Assembly (NCBI GenBank): GCA_050173015.1
Contig: JBFXLE010000015.1
Span: 1-64,000, forward strand
Length of the DNA stretch: 64,000 nucleotides
Direction of reading: 5' to 3'
From: Calditrichaceae bacterium
GTDB lineage: Bacteria; Calditrichota; Calditrichia; Calditrichales; JBFXGD01
Part shown: in pieces, positions 9,449 through 20,340 of the stretch
Position numbering within the stretch: the first letter of the stretch is position 1
How the letters are laid out: every line of letters starts with the position of its first letter
Notes under the pieces: model-generated
What the model was told of the DNA's origin: nothing
The model's database searches: none
Seen by the model: the letters and a program-made list of their open reading frames with translations, nothing else
Position numbers and translations under genes: made by a program

Positions 9449-10723
9449 TTACATTGTGGTTCTCGATTCCCAATCCGTGATTTTTTTCTGAAATTCGCTT
9501 TTATTACGCTTACTGCTGGAGCGCTCCATCGCTTCCCGTTCGATTTCGATCGCTTTTTTTACATCTCCTTTGAGCAGATAGAGTTCCGCGAGAGTATCGA
9601 GAATCATTTCGTTTCTGTCAGAAAGAGCAACCGCTTTCTCCGCCCAGTTCAAGGCAGATTCCGAGTATGATTCGTTTTCAACCCAGGCCCAGGCAATCTG
9701 ATTCAGGGCATTCGAATCGTTTTCAATTCCCGGTAATAAATTCTTCATGAGAATTTCGGCGCTCTTTTTGTCATTCTGCTTTAAATAAAAATTCAATCTC
9801 AATTCCGCGGCGGATACTTTGTCCTCAGAATTTTTTTCGATCTCCGTTATCAGTCCGTCTGCCTGACCAAACTGTTTCTGATCCAAATACAAAAGAGCCA
9901 GCCGGCCGCGGTAGTTAAAGAGATAGTCCTTGCTGGTGGTTTTTTTAACGGCTTCTTTTAGCAAACGAATCGCTTCTTCCGGTTCACCAGAGCGCTCATT
10001 GATCATTGACATATACGCGTATGCCAGGTGGCTTTCTTCAAACTGATCGTATTTGCTGATTACCAAACTTAAATCACTGACAGCGGCCTCTACATCGCCC
10101 TCGCGTAAAGACAGCATTCCTTTTTGCAGATAGATCGGTCCGAGCACTCCGCTTTTATTTTCAGAATCGGAGGCGATAATCGATTCAAATATGTTTAGTG
10201 CTTCCGTATGCTGCCCGCGATCAAACAACTTTTGAGCATAGGGATAAGCGACCTTAGGATTATCCGGTTCCATTTTGTATTGTTTTTTTAGGGACAAATA
10301 GGTGTCTTTGTTATCCAAAATATCCCTGACCACCGGGATAAAACTTTCGGGCGGGTAATAACCGATCAGCCGGTCAACTTCTTCACCCGAGCCGTTAATA
10401 AACAATATGCTGGGAAAACCAGTAATATTATACTTTTTCGCGAGTTCAATTCCGTCGCCTTTTTCCGCGTTGATTTTATAGCTTAAGAAATTTTCCGCCA
10501 GCGCGCCGACTTCGTTTGTCGAATAGGTTTTCTCGTCCAGGACCTTGCACCATGAGCACCAGTCGGTGTAAAAATCGACCATCACCAGCTGGTCTTTCTG
10601 CGAAGCCATCTGCAGAATTTCACTAAACGGTTTTTTCTCATCTATAAAGCGCATGCCTTCGGCGAAGGCGGTGTTATTTGCTAAAATCAGAATTAGTCCG
10701 ATGAGTAAATTCTTCTTCCACAT
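9449..10723 (-). CDS. Exported thioredoxin-fold (WCSWC) protein with TPR repeats
   Basis: Signal peptide; DFYTDWCSWC; GFPS cis-Pro loop; C-terminal TPR-like helices. Confidence 0.85.
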   Translation of the reverse strand: MWKKNLLIGLILILANNTAFAEGMRFIDEKKPFSEILQMASQKDQLVMVDFYTDWCSWCKVLDEKTYSTNEVGALAENFLSYKINAEKGDGIELAKKYNITGFPSILFINGSGEEVDRLIGYYPPESFIPVVRDILDNKDTYLSLKKQYKMEPDNPKVAYPYAQKLFDRGQHTEALNIFESIIASDSENKSGVLGPIYLQKGMLSLREGDVEAAVSDLSLVISKYDQFEESHLAYAYMSMINERSGEPEEAIRLLKEAVKKTTSKDYLFNYRGRLALLYLDQKQFGQADGLITEIEKNSEDKVSAAELRLNFYLKQNDKKSAEILMKNLLPGIENDSNALNQIAWAWVENESYSESALNWAEKAVALSDRNEMILDTLAELYLLKGDVKKAIEIEREAMERSSSKRNKSEFQKKITDWESRTTM

Positions 10724-10908
10724 ATACAGTTCTCCTAATTATAGGTCAAACGCGTCGGAATATGAATACGGGATTCTACAACTGCTATTTTATTAAAGAT
10801 GATCTATCCCCCGACTCAGTGAAGTACGCTTTTTTGCGAATTATGTTTCCTGTTAACGCCATATTAAAGTTACCAAATTCCGGCCCCGGCTCCAATTATT
10901 AATTTAAA

Positions 10909-10944
10909 CAAAAAAGCGTCCCCCGGGTCTTCCGGAGGACGCTT
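10909..10944 (-). terminator. Rho-independent terminator after htpG
   Basis: AAGCGTCC...GGACGCTT stem with U-tract on minus strand. Confidence 0.75.
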
Positions 10945-10964
10945 GTTCTCATTATTTATCTGAT

Positions 10965-12878
10965 TTATTTTTTTGTCCCGGGGTACCATCCGCTGGATTT
11001 TTCAAGAATTTCCTGTATTCTGTTTACCAGTTTATGAGGATCGTTTAAATAACCTTCCAGCAGCAAAGCCGACTCATAAAGCTGCTCAACCGCTGTCACG
11101 ATAAAATCATCACCCGGGTTATTTTTAAAAATGCCCAGCAAGTTACGGATTAATTTATGATCTTTATTTATCTCCATCACTTTTTTGGGAACGGTCATAT
11201 CTTTGTTCATGACCTGCATAATTTTCTGCATATGGGATGTCATGGTTCCATCCGGGCTGACCAAACAGGACGCGCTGTCATGCAGACGTTTTGAGACGGT
11301 GACTTCCGTAACCCGGTCACCCAGGATTTCCTTAAATTTTTCAAGCAGTTTTTTGAAGATTTCAGAATCGGTTTCACTGAGATCTTCGATTTCTTTCTCG
11401 TCTTTTTTTACATCTTCAAGATTCTCGATTTTTCCCAGATCCGCCTGTTCGACCGCTTTGAAACTGAACTCTTTATATTCAAACAAACCGGAGAATACAA
11501 ATTCATCAACCGGTTCATAAAGATAAAGTACCTCGATACCTTTTTTCCGGAAGATTTCAAGATGCGGATCGGTTTCCAGCGCTTCACGGCTCGCGCCGGT
11601 GATATAATAAATTTCTTTCTGATCCGCCTTAGCGCGTTCAACATATTCCGCGAATGATGTCAGTTTATCCGCGTCTTCATGAATCGAAGAATTGAAACGC
11701 ATGAGCTCGGTGATTTTCTCACGGTTGGCGAAATCATTATATGCCATTTTGAACATTTTTCCGTGAGTTTTCCAGAATTCTTCATATTTTTCCTGCTCAT
11801 TTTTCGCTTTTTTCTCAAGATGGGAAAGAATCTGCTTCACCAGGGTTGATGATATCTTCATGATCACCCGGTTTTCCTGCAGAGTCTCACGGGAAATATT
11901 TAGGGGAATATCCGCGGAATCGACCATACCTTTTACAAATCCGAGATATTCGGGAAGGAGATCCGGATTTTTATGCTGGATCAAAACGCCCTTCACATAT
12001 AAATCCAGCCCCAGATCATCTTTTGAGAGTCCGTACAAATCCTGGGCGTGTTTTGGTATAAACATCAGACTGTTAAACTGAACCGGCGCGTCAATCGAAA
12101 TATGCAGAGTATCTACCGGTTCCTCATAATCATAGGTCAGAAATTTGTAGAATTCGTTATACTGCTCCTGTTTGATATTTGATTTCGGCTCCCGCCATAA
12201 CGCGGCAACCGTATTTACTTTTTCACCTTCCACTTTGATGGGGAAGGAGATAAAATTGGAGTGTTTTTTTATAACGGATTCAATTCGGTCTTTCTCGATA
12301 AAATCTTTGGCGTCTTCTTTTAGCTGAATCTCGATTTTCGTTCCGCGTTTATTTTTACCATCCAGAGTTTTTACTACAAAACTTCCCAGGCCGTCTGATT
12401 TCCATTCAATGGCCGGTTCATCTTTCAGGTACGATTTTGTTGTAATGGTAACTTCATCCGCCACCATGAACACAGAATAGAATCCAACCCCGAATTTTCC
12501 GATGATATTTGAGATATCCTTGTTTTCAGCTTCTTTGGAAAGCTTGCCAAGAAAATCAGCCGAACCGGATTTGGCGATGGTACCGATATTTTTGATAATT
12601 TCATCATGCGTCATACCGATACCGGTATCCGCGATGGTGAGAATATTCTTGTCCTTATCGAGTGAAATTTCAATCTCCAGCGGCAGAGATTTGTCAGATA
12701 CTTCCGTTCCCTTGGTTGTTTCAAACCGCAGCTTATCAAGAGCATCCGAAGCGTTTGAGATGAGTTCTCTCAGGAATATTTCCCTGTTTGTGTAGAGCGA
12801 ATGAACCAAAATATTGAGTAATTGCTTAATTTCAGCCTTAAATTTAAATTTCTCCACATTATCTGTTTTTTTTGCCAT
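10965..12878 (-). CDS. htpG: Chaperone HtpG (Hsp90)
   Basis: FLRELISNASDA, DTGIGMT, GKFGVGFYS, PLNISRETLQ. Confidence 0.97.
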   Translation of the reverse strand: MAKKTDNVEKFKFKAEIKQLLNILVHSLYTNREIFLRELISNASDALDKLRFETTKGTEVSDKSLPLEIEISLDKDKNILTIADTGIGMTHDEIIKNIGTIAKSGSADFLGKLSKEAENKDISNIIGKFGVGFYSVFMVADEVTITTKSYLKDEPAIEWKSDGLGSFVVKTLDGKNKRGTKIEIQLKEDAKDFIEKDRIESVIKKHSNFISFPIKVEGEKVNTVAALWREPKSNIKQEQYNEFYKFLTYDYEEPVDTLHISIDAPVQFNSLMFIPKHAQDLYGLSKDDLGLDLYVKGVLIQHKNPDLLPEYLGFVKGMVDSADIPLNISRETLQENRVIMKISSTLVKQILSHLEKKAKNEQEKYEEFWKTHGKMFKMAYNDFANREKITELMRFNSSIHEDADKLTSFAEYVERAKADQKEIYYITGASREALETDPHLEIFRKKGIEVLYLYEPVDEFVFSGLFEYKEFSFKAVEQADLGKIENLEDVKKDEKEIEDLSETDSEIFKKLLEKFKEILGDRVTEVTVSKRLHDSASCLVSPDGTMTSHMQKIMQVMNKDMTVPKKVMEINKDHKLIRNLLGIFKNNPGDDFIVTAVEQLYESALLLEGYLNDPHKLVNRIQEILEKSSGWYPGTKK

Positions 12879-13120
12879 AACTGCTTCTTCTCCTTTTCAC
12901 ATATATTCAAACTTAAAGATGATTTTCATTATTAAAAAGATGCCTGAACGGCACTAAAGTTACACGACTTATTTTTATGTTTGATAAAATTAAATGTTCC
13001 TGAAAATTGTCAAATTTGTCCACTGTTTATATCGGAAATATAAAAAATATTGGCCTAAATTTAAGATTCATTTGTCCCGGGGGCAAGTTTCTGATTGAAT
13101 GATGGTTTTACGAGCACAAC

Positions 13121-13151
13121 AAAAAAGCCCGATGGATGTATCCACCGGGCT
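13121..13151 (-). terminator. Rho-independent terminator after the esterase gene
   Basis: AGCCCG.TGGA...TCCA.CGGGCT stem plus A6. Confidence 0.75.
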
Positions 13152-13173
13152 ATAAAGCGCTTACAAATCGATA

Positions 13174-14487
13174 TTAGAATACTTTATTATGTTCTTTAAG
13201 AGCAATCTCGATGCGGTAATAAATATCACTTGAATGCGCGCCCGTATATGTTTCATAACGGTGGGTGATGCCCATTTGGGTCATCAGCGCGTCAAAAGTG
13301 TTGTTGGTATAGATAATACCAAAACCGGCGCCGTCATCCATTGGATCATAATCATCCTGCTCGCCGCAGTCCATGTAAATATTTAAAGCCTTAAAACCTT
13401 CCACATCAAGAGCTTCCTGAGTCGGTTTTTTACCCGTTGCCAACATCGTGTAGCAGTCATTGGCCAAATATTTCATGAACGGCGCGGTAACCGTATCCGC
13501 CATCTGTCCCGGAGAAGTGATGCGAACCGGCAGATCAACACCCGGATAAACGTCATCGGAAGGATCGTTAGGCGTACCCATATCTGTCACCGGAGTCGCC
13601 TGAACCATAAACTGATTCACAACGGTTGGGTCGGTAATAACCCCAACAGAATACAGGTAGGAATCATATGTTCCCGCCGTGTTAAAATGCGGCGTGAATG
13701 CTGATGACAATCCGAACATAGTCATGGTGAGCGGATGGGTGGTTGGTGAAGCAGCCGCTTTGGCCAGGTCAATTACAGGAAGAGGATTGCCTGTCGCCGG
13801 ATCAATATTTTCCATCGCGATACGTGGCAGAAAATTGCTGTTTTCATTAAAGATCAGTTCATTATAATCCAGAGGGCCGGAGTGAGAAGCAACAGATTTA
13901 AACATGCTCGGATAAAGCATTGCCAGCTTCATGGCGCCGTAACCGCCCATGGAATGACCTTCGATCGCTCTCTTGTCGGGATTAATATTGAACATTGCTT
14001 CCACTGTCCCGATCACTTCCTGCATAATATAATATTCATAGTAACCGAATCCGCCGCTTGGGAAAATCGGACTGGTTAAATCAACCGAGTTGGTATAAAA
14101 GCTGCCACCAAGGGCGTTTTTGGCATTCGGCATGACCAGGATCATCGGTTTAATTTTTCCGTCAGCGATCAGCACATCGGCCACTTTATCTAACTGGTAA
14201 CCTGAAAGCCATGTGTTTTCGTCGCCGCCAAATCCATGGAGAAAATATACCACCGGATAACCTTCGGCGTCGTTCGCGTCATACTCGTAAGGCAGATAAA
14301 CATTGACTTTTTTAGCCTCGCCGGTATACTGCGAATTTATTGTAATTTGCTGAACTGTTCCGGCATTTTTCGCTGTACCGAGATTTGTCTGATTCGGGAA
14401 GGTTGCCTCATCATCTTCACAACCGACCAGGAAGATGAAGGAGAAACCGACTAAAATCAGAAGGAAACTATATAATCTTTTATTCAT
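13174..14487 (-). CDS. Lipoprotein alpha/beta-hydrolase (putative esterase)
   Basis: Lipobox FLVGC; YPVVYFLHG; nucleophile motif GHSMGG; C-terminal GAH; start inferred at MNKRL after AAGGA. Confidence 0.85.
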   Translation of the reverse strand: MNKRLYSFLLILVGFSFIFLVGCEDDEATFPNQTNLGTAKNAGTVQQITINSQYTGEAKKVNVYLPYEYDANDAEGYPVVYFLHGFGGDENTWLSGYQLDKVADVLIADGKIKPMILVMPNAKNALGGSFYTNSVDLTSPIFPSGGFGYYEYYIMQEVIGTVEAMFNINPDKRAIEGHSMGGYGAMKLAMLYPSMFKSVASHSGPLDYNELIFNENSNFLPRIAMENIDPATGNPLPVIDLAKAAASPTTHPLTMTMFGLSSAFTPHFNTAGTYDSYLYSVGVITDPTVVNQFMVQATPVTDMGTPNDPSDDVYPGVDLPVRITSPGQMADTVTAPFMKYLANDCYTMLATGKKPTQEALDVEGFKALNIYMDCGEQDDYDPMDDGAGFGIIYTNNTFDALMTQMGITHRYETYTGAHSSDIYYRIEIALKEHNKVF

Positions 14488-14519
14488 CGTTGTTTTCCTT
14501 TCAAACAATTTTGATCAAA

Positions 14520-15980
14520 TTAGAAATTATATTCTAAACCGACATGAAATTCATTAACATCCGCTTTGTATTCACCGGCAACATTTTCGTTACCATAATC
14601 TTCACCGATATTCCATGTATCAACATTACGGTCGTCAACAAAAATATGCACATAAGCAAGGTTCACACCGATTTTACCAAAGGTCAACCCTGTACCGATA
14701 ATAATTTCCTGCTTATTGTTAATGTCCGGAATTGATGGTCCAATGGTTTCATCCGGGATGGCAGCGGTCTCATAATAATAACCACCTCGCAGGGCCACGC
14801 TCATATTTGGTTTTTCATAAGCGATGTATTCCGCGCCAAAACTGTAACGCCATGTATCATCCCAATTTTCAATCAGTTCCGAATCCTGAGTTGATCCGTC
14901 AACCGCGGTGATATCTTCTAATGGTATGGTATCCCAGGAAGACCACTGAGTCCAGTCAACATCAAAGGAAAACAACAATTTTGGTGTTGGACGGTAAGCG
15001 ATACCGACACCTACATTCATGGGCAGAGGCATAGTTGCCTTTGCGTCGCTATCATCAATATAAGTCATTTTCTGGCCTGAAAACGCAGCGGCAGCAGCCT
15101 GATAGGTCGCATCATCGATTTGACCGGCGTCATGCAACGCTGTCAATGTGGCTAAAGTAACAGGATCCCCAGTATAATAATTAGTCGCGAGAATTTCGCC
15201 GTCCAGATCGGCATCCGTGTAATAACGGAAAGAAGCGCCGAGTGACAATTTATCATTCACATCATAAATGATACCGCCGTTGAAGCTGTAGCTGATCCCG
15301 GTCCCAACTAATTCCAGTTCTGTTACCAGGTAGTCGTGCGGCGCTTTTACCAGCGGTTTCAAAGCAGTGTCTTCAAAAGGTTTGCTCAGAGACGGCTGAC
15401 GGATGATAATGTCGTTATAAATCACTCCAAAACCTAAACCAACGGAGAATTTATCCGTAACCTTATACGCTCCGGAAAAATGGAAATCAATTACTTTCAG
15501 ATCACTCTCATAATCTTCTCCCGGATAACCGGCTTCATTGTTATAACCGGGTACCGGATTAAAGAGATCCCAGGTGGCGCCAAGACCGAAAGGAATAAAG
15601 ACACCGAATCCATAGGAGAAACCATTATCGAGAGAATGAACAAATCCGGTCGTCGGAATAAAAAAGGTATGCGCTACAGCATCCGCTTCGGTATCCGTAT
15701 AACCATTAAAACTGTGATCTTCATATAAGGCCGGTGTCAGAGAGGCCGTTGGCATGATCGTTGAAAAATTCGCGCCCACATTCCAGTTGTCAACACGAGT
15801 CATACCTGCGGGATTCCAGAATCCGGCGCTCCAGTCACCACTCAGCGCGCGATAGGCGCCGCCAAGGTTTACGGCCCGGGAACCGGCGGTAGGCAAGCCA
15901 ACACCGGCAGCATAGCTTTGAGCTAACATCCCGAAGGACAACAAAACGCCCAGCAAAAGAAACAATGACTTCTTTCTCAT
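14520..15980 (-). CDS. OmpP1/FadL family outer-membrane hydrophobic-compound transporter
   Basis: Signal peptide; hatch motif WNPAGM; WTQWSSWD; ENWDDTW; C-terminal YNF. Confidence 0.88.
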   Translation of the reverse strand: MRKKSLFLLLGVLLSFGMLAQSYAAGVGLPTAGSRAVNLGGAYRALSGDWSAGFWNPAGMTRVDNWNVGANFSTIMPTASLTPALYEDHSFNGYTDTEADAVAHTFFIPTTGFVHSLDNGFSYGFGVFIPFGLGATWDLFNPVPGYNNEAGYPGEDYESDLKVIDFHFSGAYKVTDKFSVGLGFGVIYNDIIIRQPSLSKPFEDTALKPLVKAPHDYLVTELELVGTGISYSFNGGIIYDVNDKLSLGASFRYYTDADLDGEILATNYYTGDPVTLATLTALHDAGQIDDATYQAAAAAFSGQKMTYIDDSDAKATMPLPMNVGVGIAYRPTPKLLFSFDVDWTQWSSWDTIPLEDITAVDGSTQDSELIENWDDTWRYSFGAEYIAYEKPNMSVALRGGYYYETAAIPDETIGPSIPDINNKQEIIIGTGLTFGKIGVNLAYVHIFVDDRNVDTWNIGEDYGNENVAGEYKADVNEFHVGLEYNF

Positions 15981-16610
15981 GAATTTCCTCCTAGAAATAT
16001 TTTATAGTTAGGTGATGTGGAATTGTATGGTGAGCCATGGTAGTGGCATGTTTCCTTTTCGAATTAATTATAACTAAATCCTTATAGAATATAATTACTA
16101 CAACATGCTGAATATTTATGCAGGTCTTGGAACGTAAAAAACTAATGGTTATTTAATTTAAAGTCAAGTAAAAATCTAATCAATAGGCTATTATTTTCAC
16201 AAAACTTAGATCATTTTTTCACAAGATAAAATTATATATGATTCATTATTCATTAAAAAATACTCTTTTTTCTCTTTTTGAATTATTATTTACATGAGAT
16301 GAAATGCAGGTTTTTTTCGAAAGGAATGAATCAGATTATTTCTCATCCGCTAAATAGTCTCCGCAGGCATTTAGTGGAATATTTACTTCTTCCGCTTCTT
16401 TGCTAAAGCGATTCTAATAGGAGGTTGATTTCTGTAAAAATGATACAAATTTTAATTTTTTTGACCGCTTGTGAAAACACTCTAAGCACTTCGCTCCGGA
16501 GATGCCCGGGGACTTCGTACATCAATCTCCGCTTCATCTGCAGTATACCTGTAGATTTCAAAACATTCAGCGATTTCCGGTCTGAGTCTATGGCAAAACC
16601 GGTAAATTGA

Positions 16611-17069
16611 TTAATTTTCCTTTGCCATGCTAAGAATTTTAAATTCATCACTGACATTAATTTCTCCGCCGTTTAAAACTTTTGCGAAGATTCCTTCACG
16701 GGGCATGACACAATCACCGGCGCGATAGTAAATGGCGCATCGTGTATGGCATTCTTTCCCTATCTGAGTTATTTCAAGCTCCGCTTCACCGATCATGATA
16801 TGATCTCCCACCTTCAGCTCCGGAATATTCACAAATTCTGTGGTAATGTTTTCAGCAAAGGCGCCGGGGCGGACATTTAATCCTTTTTCACGCATTTTTT
16901 CTATACTTTCGATAGCGAGAAGACTTACCTGTCTGTGCCATTTTCCCGCGTGGACATCCCCGTCAATGCCCCATTCTTTGAGCAGTACCGCATGATCCAC
17001 ATTTGTTTTAGGAATACCCTTTTTCCTGCTCACCGATATGGCTACAATTCTACCTGTATTGCTGTTCAT
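16611..17069 (-). CDS. MOSC domain protein
   Basis: GDVHAG, RQVSLL, FAENITT, QIGKECH...C...C..PREGIF. Confidence 0.9.
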   Translation of the reverse strand: MNSNTGRIVAISVSRKKGIPKTNVDHAVLLKEWGIDGDVHAGKWHRQVSLLAIESIEKMREKGLNVRPGAFAENITTEFVNIPELKVGDHIMIGEAELEITQIGKECHTRCAIYYRAGDCVMPREGIFAKVLNGGEINVSDEFKILSMAKEN

Positions 17070-18289
17070 AAATTACCCCATTGTAAAATTTCAACATCAA
17101 CTCTCTTGTCTTTTTCCAAAAAATCCGCCTGTTCCGGAAAATGAATAAGGCAGTCCGCGGCGGCCAGCCCGCCCATCATATGTGAATCCTGTCCCCGGGA
17201 AGGCTGAACGAAAAAGTTGCCGTCTTCTTTGTGAATAAGTTTAGCCCGGACAAATTCTTTACGTCCCGGTTTCTTGCGCAGTTCGGATAACAATCCTGCT
17301 TTGATCATGATTCTGTTCGGAGCGTCCAGTCCGCTTAGTTTATTCAGCGCCGGCTTCACCAGCAGATAGAATGAAAGTAAAGCCGATACCGGATTCCCCG
17401 GCAATCCAAAAATCATCTTTTCTGAATGCATTCCAAAATAAAAGGGCTTAGCCGGCTTCATCGCCACCTTCCAAAAGACCGTCCGCACACCGAGATCGGT
17501 TAATACATCTTTTACAAAATCATAATCACCGACCGAAACACCGCCGGAAGATATCACAATATCAGCGTAATCAAGCGCATCCTTAAACGCGGCGCTGATT
17601 TCCGTCTTATCGTCATTTGTATGAGTGATCGTGATCTGCGAGATTCCGATGGCCCGCAGCGCGGCGCTAAGAGCGAACGAGTTCGATTCAGGGATTTGTC
17701 CCGTACCGATTTCTCCACCGGGCAGACGTGTCTCACTTCCGGTAACAATCAAAGCCACCGCAGGTTTACGATAAACTGTAACCCTGGTCCGGTTAAGTGT
17801 CGCGAGCATACCTATGGCCCCGGGTGTCAGCACGGTACCCGACTTTAAAACAATATCCCCACGGCTGAATTCCTCGCCGCTTCTCCTGATATTTTCTCCT
17901 TGCCTGACATTTCTTTTGACGCGCACCGTGTCATCGCCTTCATCAACGAATTCGCGCATGACAATGGCTTCCACGCTACCGGGTACCGGGGCGCCGGTCA
18001 TAATTTTTATGGCATAACCGTTCTCCAACTCAGGATCGTGGGCATCACCTGCCCGGACAATTCCATTTAATTTCAGAGAAACGGGCTCCGACGGATTTGC
18101 TTTATCCAAATCGGCATATTTTACGCCGAAGCCGTCAACAGCGGAAGAATCGAATCGCGGCAGTGGGTCTTCTGCCTTAACATCTTCCGCCAGAATATAA
18201 CCGTGAGCTTCTGTTATCTTCAAAACCTGAGTACCGGATATCCCGGTATTACTGAGAACCATTTTGCGGGCTGATTCGAAATCAATCAT
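17066..18289 (-). CDS. moeA: Molybdopterin molybdotransferase MoeA
   Basis: SAVDGFG, IMTGAPVP, SGGVSVGDYD, GLPGNPVS. Confidence 0.95.
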   Translation of the reverse strand: MIDFESARKMVLSNTGISGTQVLKITEAHGYILAEDVKAEDPLPRFDSSAVDGFGVKYADLDKANPSEPVSLKLNGIVRAGDAHDPELENGYAIKIMTGAPVPGSVEAIVMREFVDEGDDTVRVKRNVRQGENIRRSGEEFSRGDIVLKSGTVLTPGAIGMLATLNRTRVTVYRKPAVALIVTGSETRLPGGEIGTGQIPESNSFALSAALRAIGISQITITHTNDDKTEISAAFKDALDYADIVISSGGVSVGDYDFVKDVLTDLGVRTVFWKVAMKPAKPFYFGMHSEKMIFGLPGNPVSALLSFYLLVKPALNKLSGLDAPNRIMIKAGLLSELRKKPGRKEFVRAKLIHKEDGNFFVQPSRGQDSHMMGGLAAADCLIHFPEQADFLEKDKRVDVEILQWGNL

Positions 18290-19223
18290 CTTCCTGTCCT
18301 TTCCGCCCGTCTTTTTCGTGACCTCCGCCCCAGATCATCTTGAACGCGTGGAATACGGCTGGAAACAGAACATCCAGAGAATCGGCCACCCCCTTTTTCG
18401 ATCCCGGCAGATTGACAATCAACGTCTTTCCTATCATCCCGGAACGGCTTCGTGAAAGCATGGAGTATGGCGTGCGATCCTGACCATAGGCGCGCACGGT
18501 CTCCGGTATCCCGGGGACTTCCCGTTCGATCACATTTGCCATCGCTTCGGGAGTGTTATCACGCGGACTGAATCCGGTTCCGCCGGTAGTGACTATCAGG
18601 TCATATTCTTTTTCATTTGCGTAGTACTGAAGCGTTTCTTCAATTCCCTTCTGATCATCAGAAATTATTTTATAATCGGCCACCGTAACTTTCTCCTGTT
18701 CCAAACGCTCTACAATCATCCGGCCCGACAAATCATTTTTCTTCCCGGCTGAAACAGAGTCTGAAATGACCATGACCGCCGCGTTTAATTTGGAACCAAA
18801 ACGCCCCTTGTAATCAGATTTTCCGCCTTTTTTAAACAGGAGTTTTGTACCGGTAATTTCCATCTCCTCATCCAGCATTTTCATCATATCATAGAGGGTT
18901 AGCGCGGCCACAGACGCCCCGGTTAACGCTTCCATCTCAACACCGGTTTTATAAATCGCCTTGACCGTAACTGTTGATCTGATCATATATTCGGAAATTT
19001 CAAATTCCACGCCCACAAAATCCACCGGTAAAGGATGGCAATAGGGAATAATCTGGTTGGTGTTTTTTGCCGCCTGAATCGCCGCGACTTTTGCCACTTC
19101 CAACGGATTTCCTTTCGGAATTTTGTTCTCTTTAATCAATGTGATGGTCTCCGGACTCACCTTCAGTGTCGCTTCCGCGGCAGCGATGCGTAGAGTATTA
19201 ACTTTATTGGAGATATCGCGCAT
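18282..19223 (-). CDS. moaCB: Bifunctional MoaC / MoaB(MogA) fusion
   Basis: N-terminal IPYCHP and TGVEMEAL (MoaC); C-terminal TTGGTG...RDNTPEA and NLPGS (MoaB/MogA). Confidence 0.93.
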   Translation of the reverse strand: MRDISNKVNTLRIAAAEATLKVSPETITLIKENKIPKGNPLEVAKVAAIQAAKNTNQIIPYCHPLPVDFVGVEFEISEYMIRSTVTVKAIYKTGVEMEALTGASVAALTLYDMMKMLDEEMEITGTKLLFKKGGKSDYKGRFGSKLNAAVMVISDSVSAGKKNDLSGRMIVERLEQEKVTVADYKIISDDQKGIEETLQYYANEKEYDLIVTTGGTGFSPRDNTPEAMANVIEREVPGIPETVRAYGQDRTPYSMLSRSRSGMIGKTLIVNLPGSKKGVADSLDVLFPAVFHAFKMIWGGGHEKDGRKGQEDD

Positions 19224-19224
19224 A

Positions 19225-20214
19225 CTATCCTCCGATTTCCGTCATAGTACGATTATCCATTTTAATTAATTCATTTACCGGAGCATGTGCAGCCGGCTTC
19301 ATAAATACAGCACTACTGATAATTTCGGTCAGCTCGGCGTCAGTGGCGTTGTTTCTCATCAGATCCCTCAGGGAAACTTCAGACGCATGAAACAGACAAG
19401 ATTTAATAGCCCCGTCAGACGTTAACCTGACCCGGTTACAACTGTCGCAAAAATGTTCGGACATGGAAGTGATAAAACTTATTTTTCCACGGAAACCGTC
19501 TATCATATAGTCTTTGGCCACACTGTTCGGATCGTTTTCAGAATATACCGGTTTTAGCGGGTAACGCCGGCGGATCATTTTAATCATATCCGTGTACGAA
19601 ATAAAACTTTCCATATTCCAGCGGTTTGATTTGAAAGGCATGTATTCTATGAAACGGATATTCAACGGACGATTTCTGGCCAGCTCGACAAAATCGGACA
19701 GCTCATCATCATTAAATCCCCTGATCACCACAGTATTCAGTTTAACCGGATCATAACCGGCTTCCAGCGCCGCATTGATGCTTCTAAACACATCATTGTA
19801 ATGATCGCGCAGAGTGATCAGCTTAAAACGCTCAGGCTTCAATGAATCGAGGCTCAAATTTATTTTATCCAGTCCGGCCTTTTTTAACGGATCCATATAA
19901 TCCGTCAGCAGCACGCCGTTGGTTGTCATGCCGATCGTATTAATACCCGGAATATTTTTGAGTCTGGAAATTAACTCCGGCAGGTTTTTTCTTACCAGCG
20001 GCTCTCCGCCGGTGAGGCGGATTTTTTCAACACCCAGTCCGGCAAATATGGAGGACAATCTTACGATTTCATCAAAAGTCAGAAGATGATCGCGCTTATC
20101 CAGAACGATACCATCTGCCGGCATACAGTATGTGCAGCGTAAATTGCAGCGGTCCGTTACGGAGATGCGAAGATAGGTGTGAATACGGTTAAATTGATCT
20201 ATGAGCTGATTCAT
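19225..20214 (-). CDS. moaA: GTP 3',8-cyclase MoaA
   Basis: CNLRCTYC radical SAM motif; C-terminal CxxC...C; terminal IGG. Confidence 0.97.
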   Translation of the reverse strand: MNQLIDQFNRIHTYLRISVTDRCNLRCTYCMPADGIVLDKRDHLLTFDEIVRLSSIFAGLGVEKIRLTGGEPLVRKNLPELISRLKNIPGINTIGMTTNGVLLTDYMDPLKKAGLDKINLSLDSLKPERFKLITLRDHYNDVFRSINAALEAGYDPVKLNTVVIRGFNDDELSDFVELARNRPLNIRFIEYMPFKSNRWNMESFISYTDMIKMIRRRYPLKPVYSENDPNSVAKDYMIDGFRGKISFITSMSEHFCDSCNRVRLTSDGAIKSCLFHASEVSLRDLMRNNATDAELTEIISSAVFMKPAAHAPVNELIKMDNRTMTEIGG

Positions 20215-20340
20215 TTGTATGCCCCTTATTGACCCCGATCAGCCCCGGCATGAACCGGCAGGAGCTGCATCATTGGGCATACGTATCCCCAAAAACGCCA
20301 TCCCTTTAATACGAAACAAAAAAGTATTTCAAGGGAATAT

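Noticed and set aside
20215-20301. In-frame C-R-G-UGA (CxxU-like) upstream of moaA, suggesting a Sec-containing N-terminal extension
   Set aside because: moaA has its own well-spaced SD, there is no convincing SECIS after this UGA, and the region is better explained as RNA structure; probably coincidence, but a homolog check is cheap
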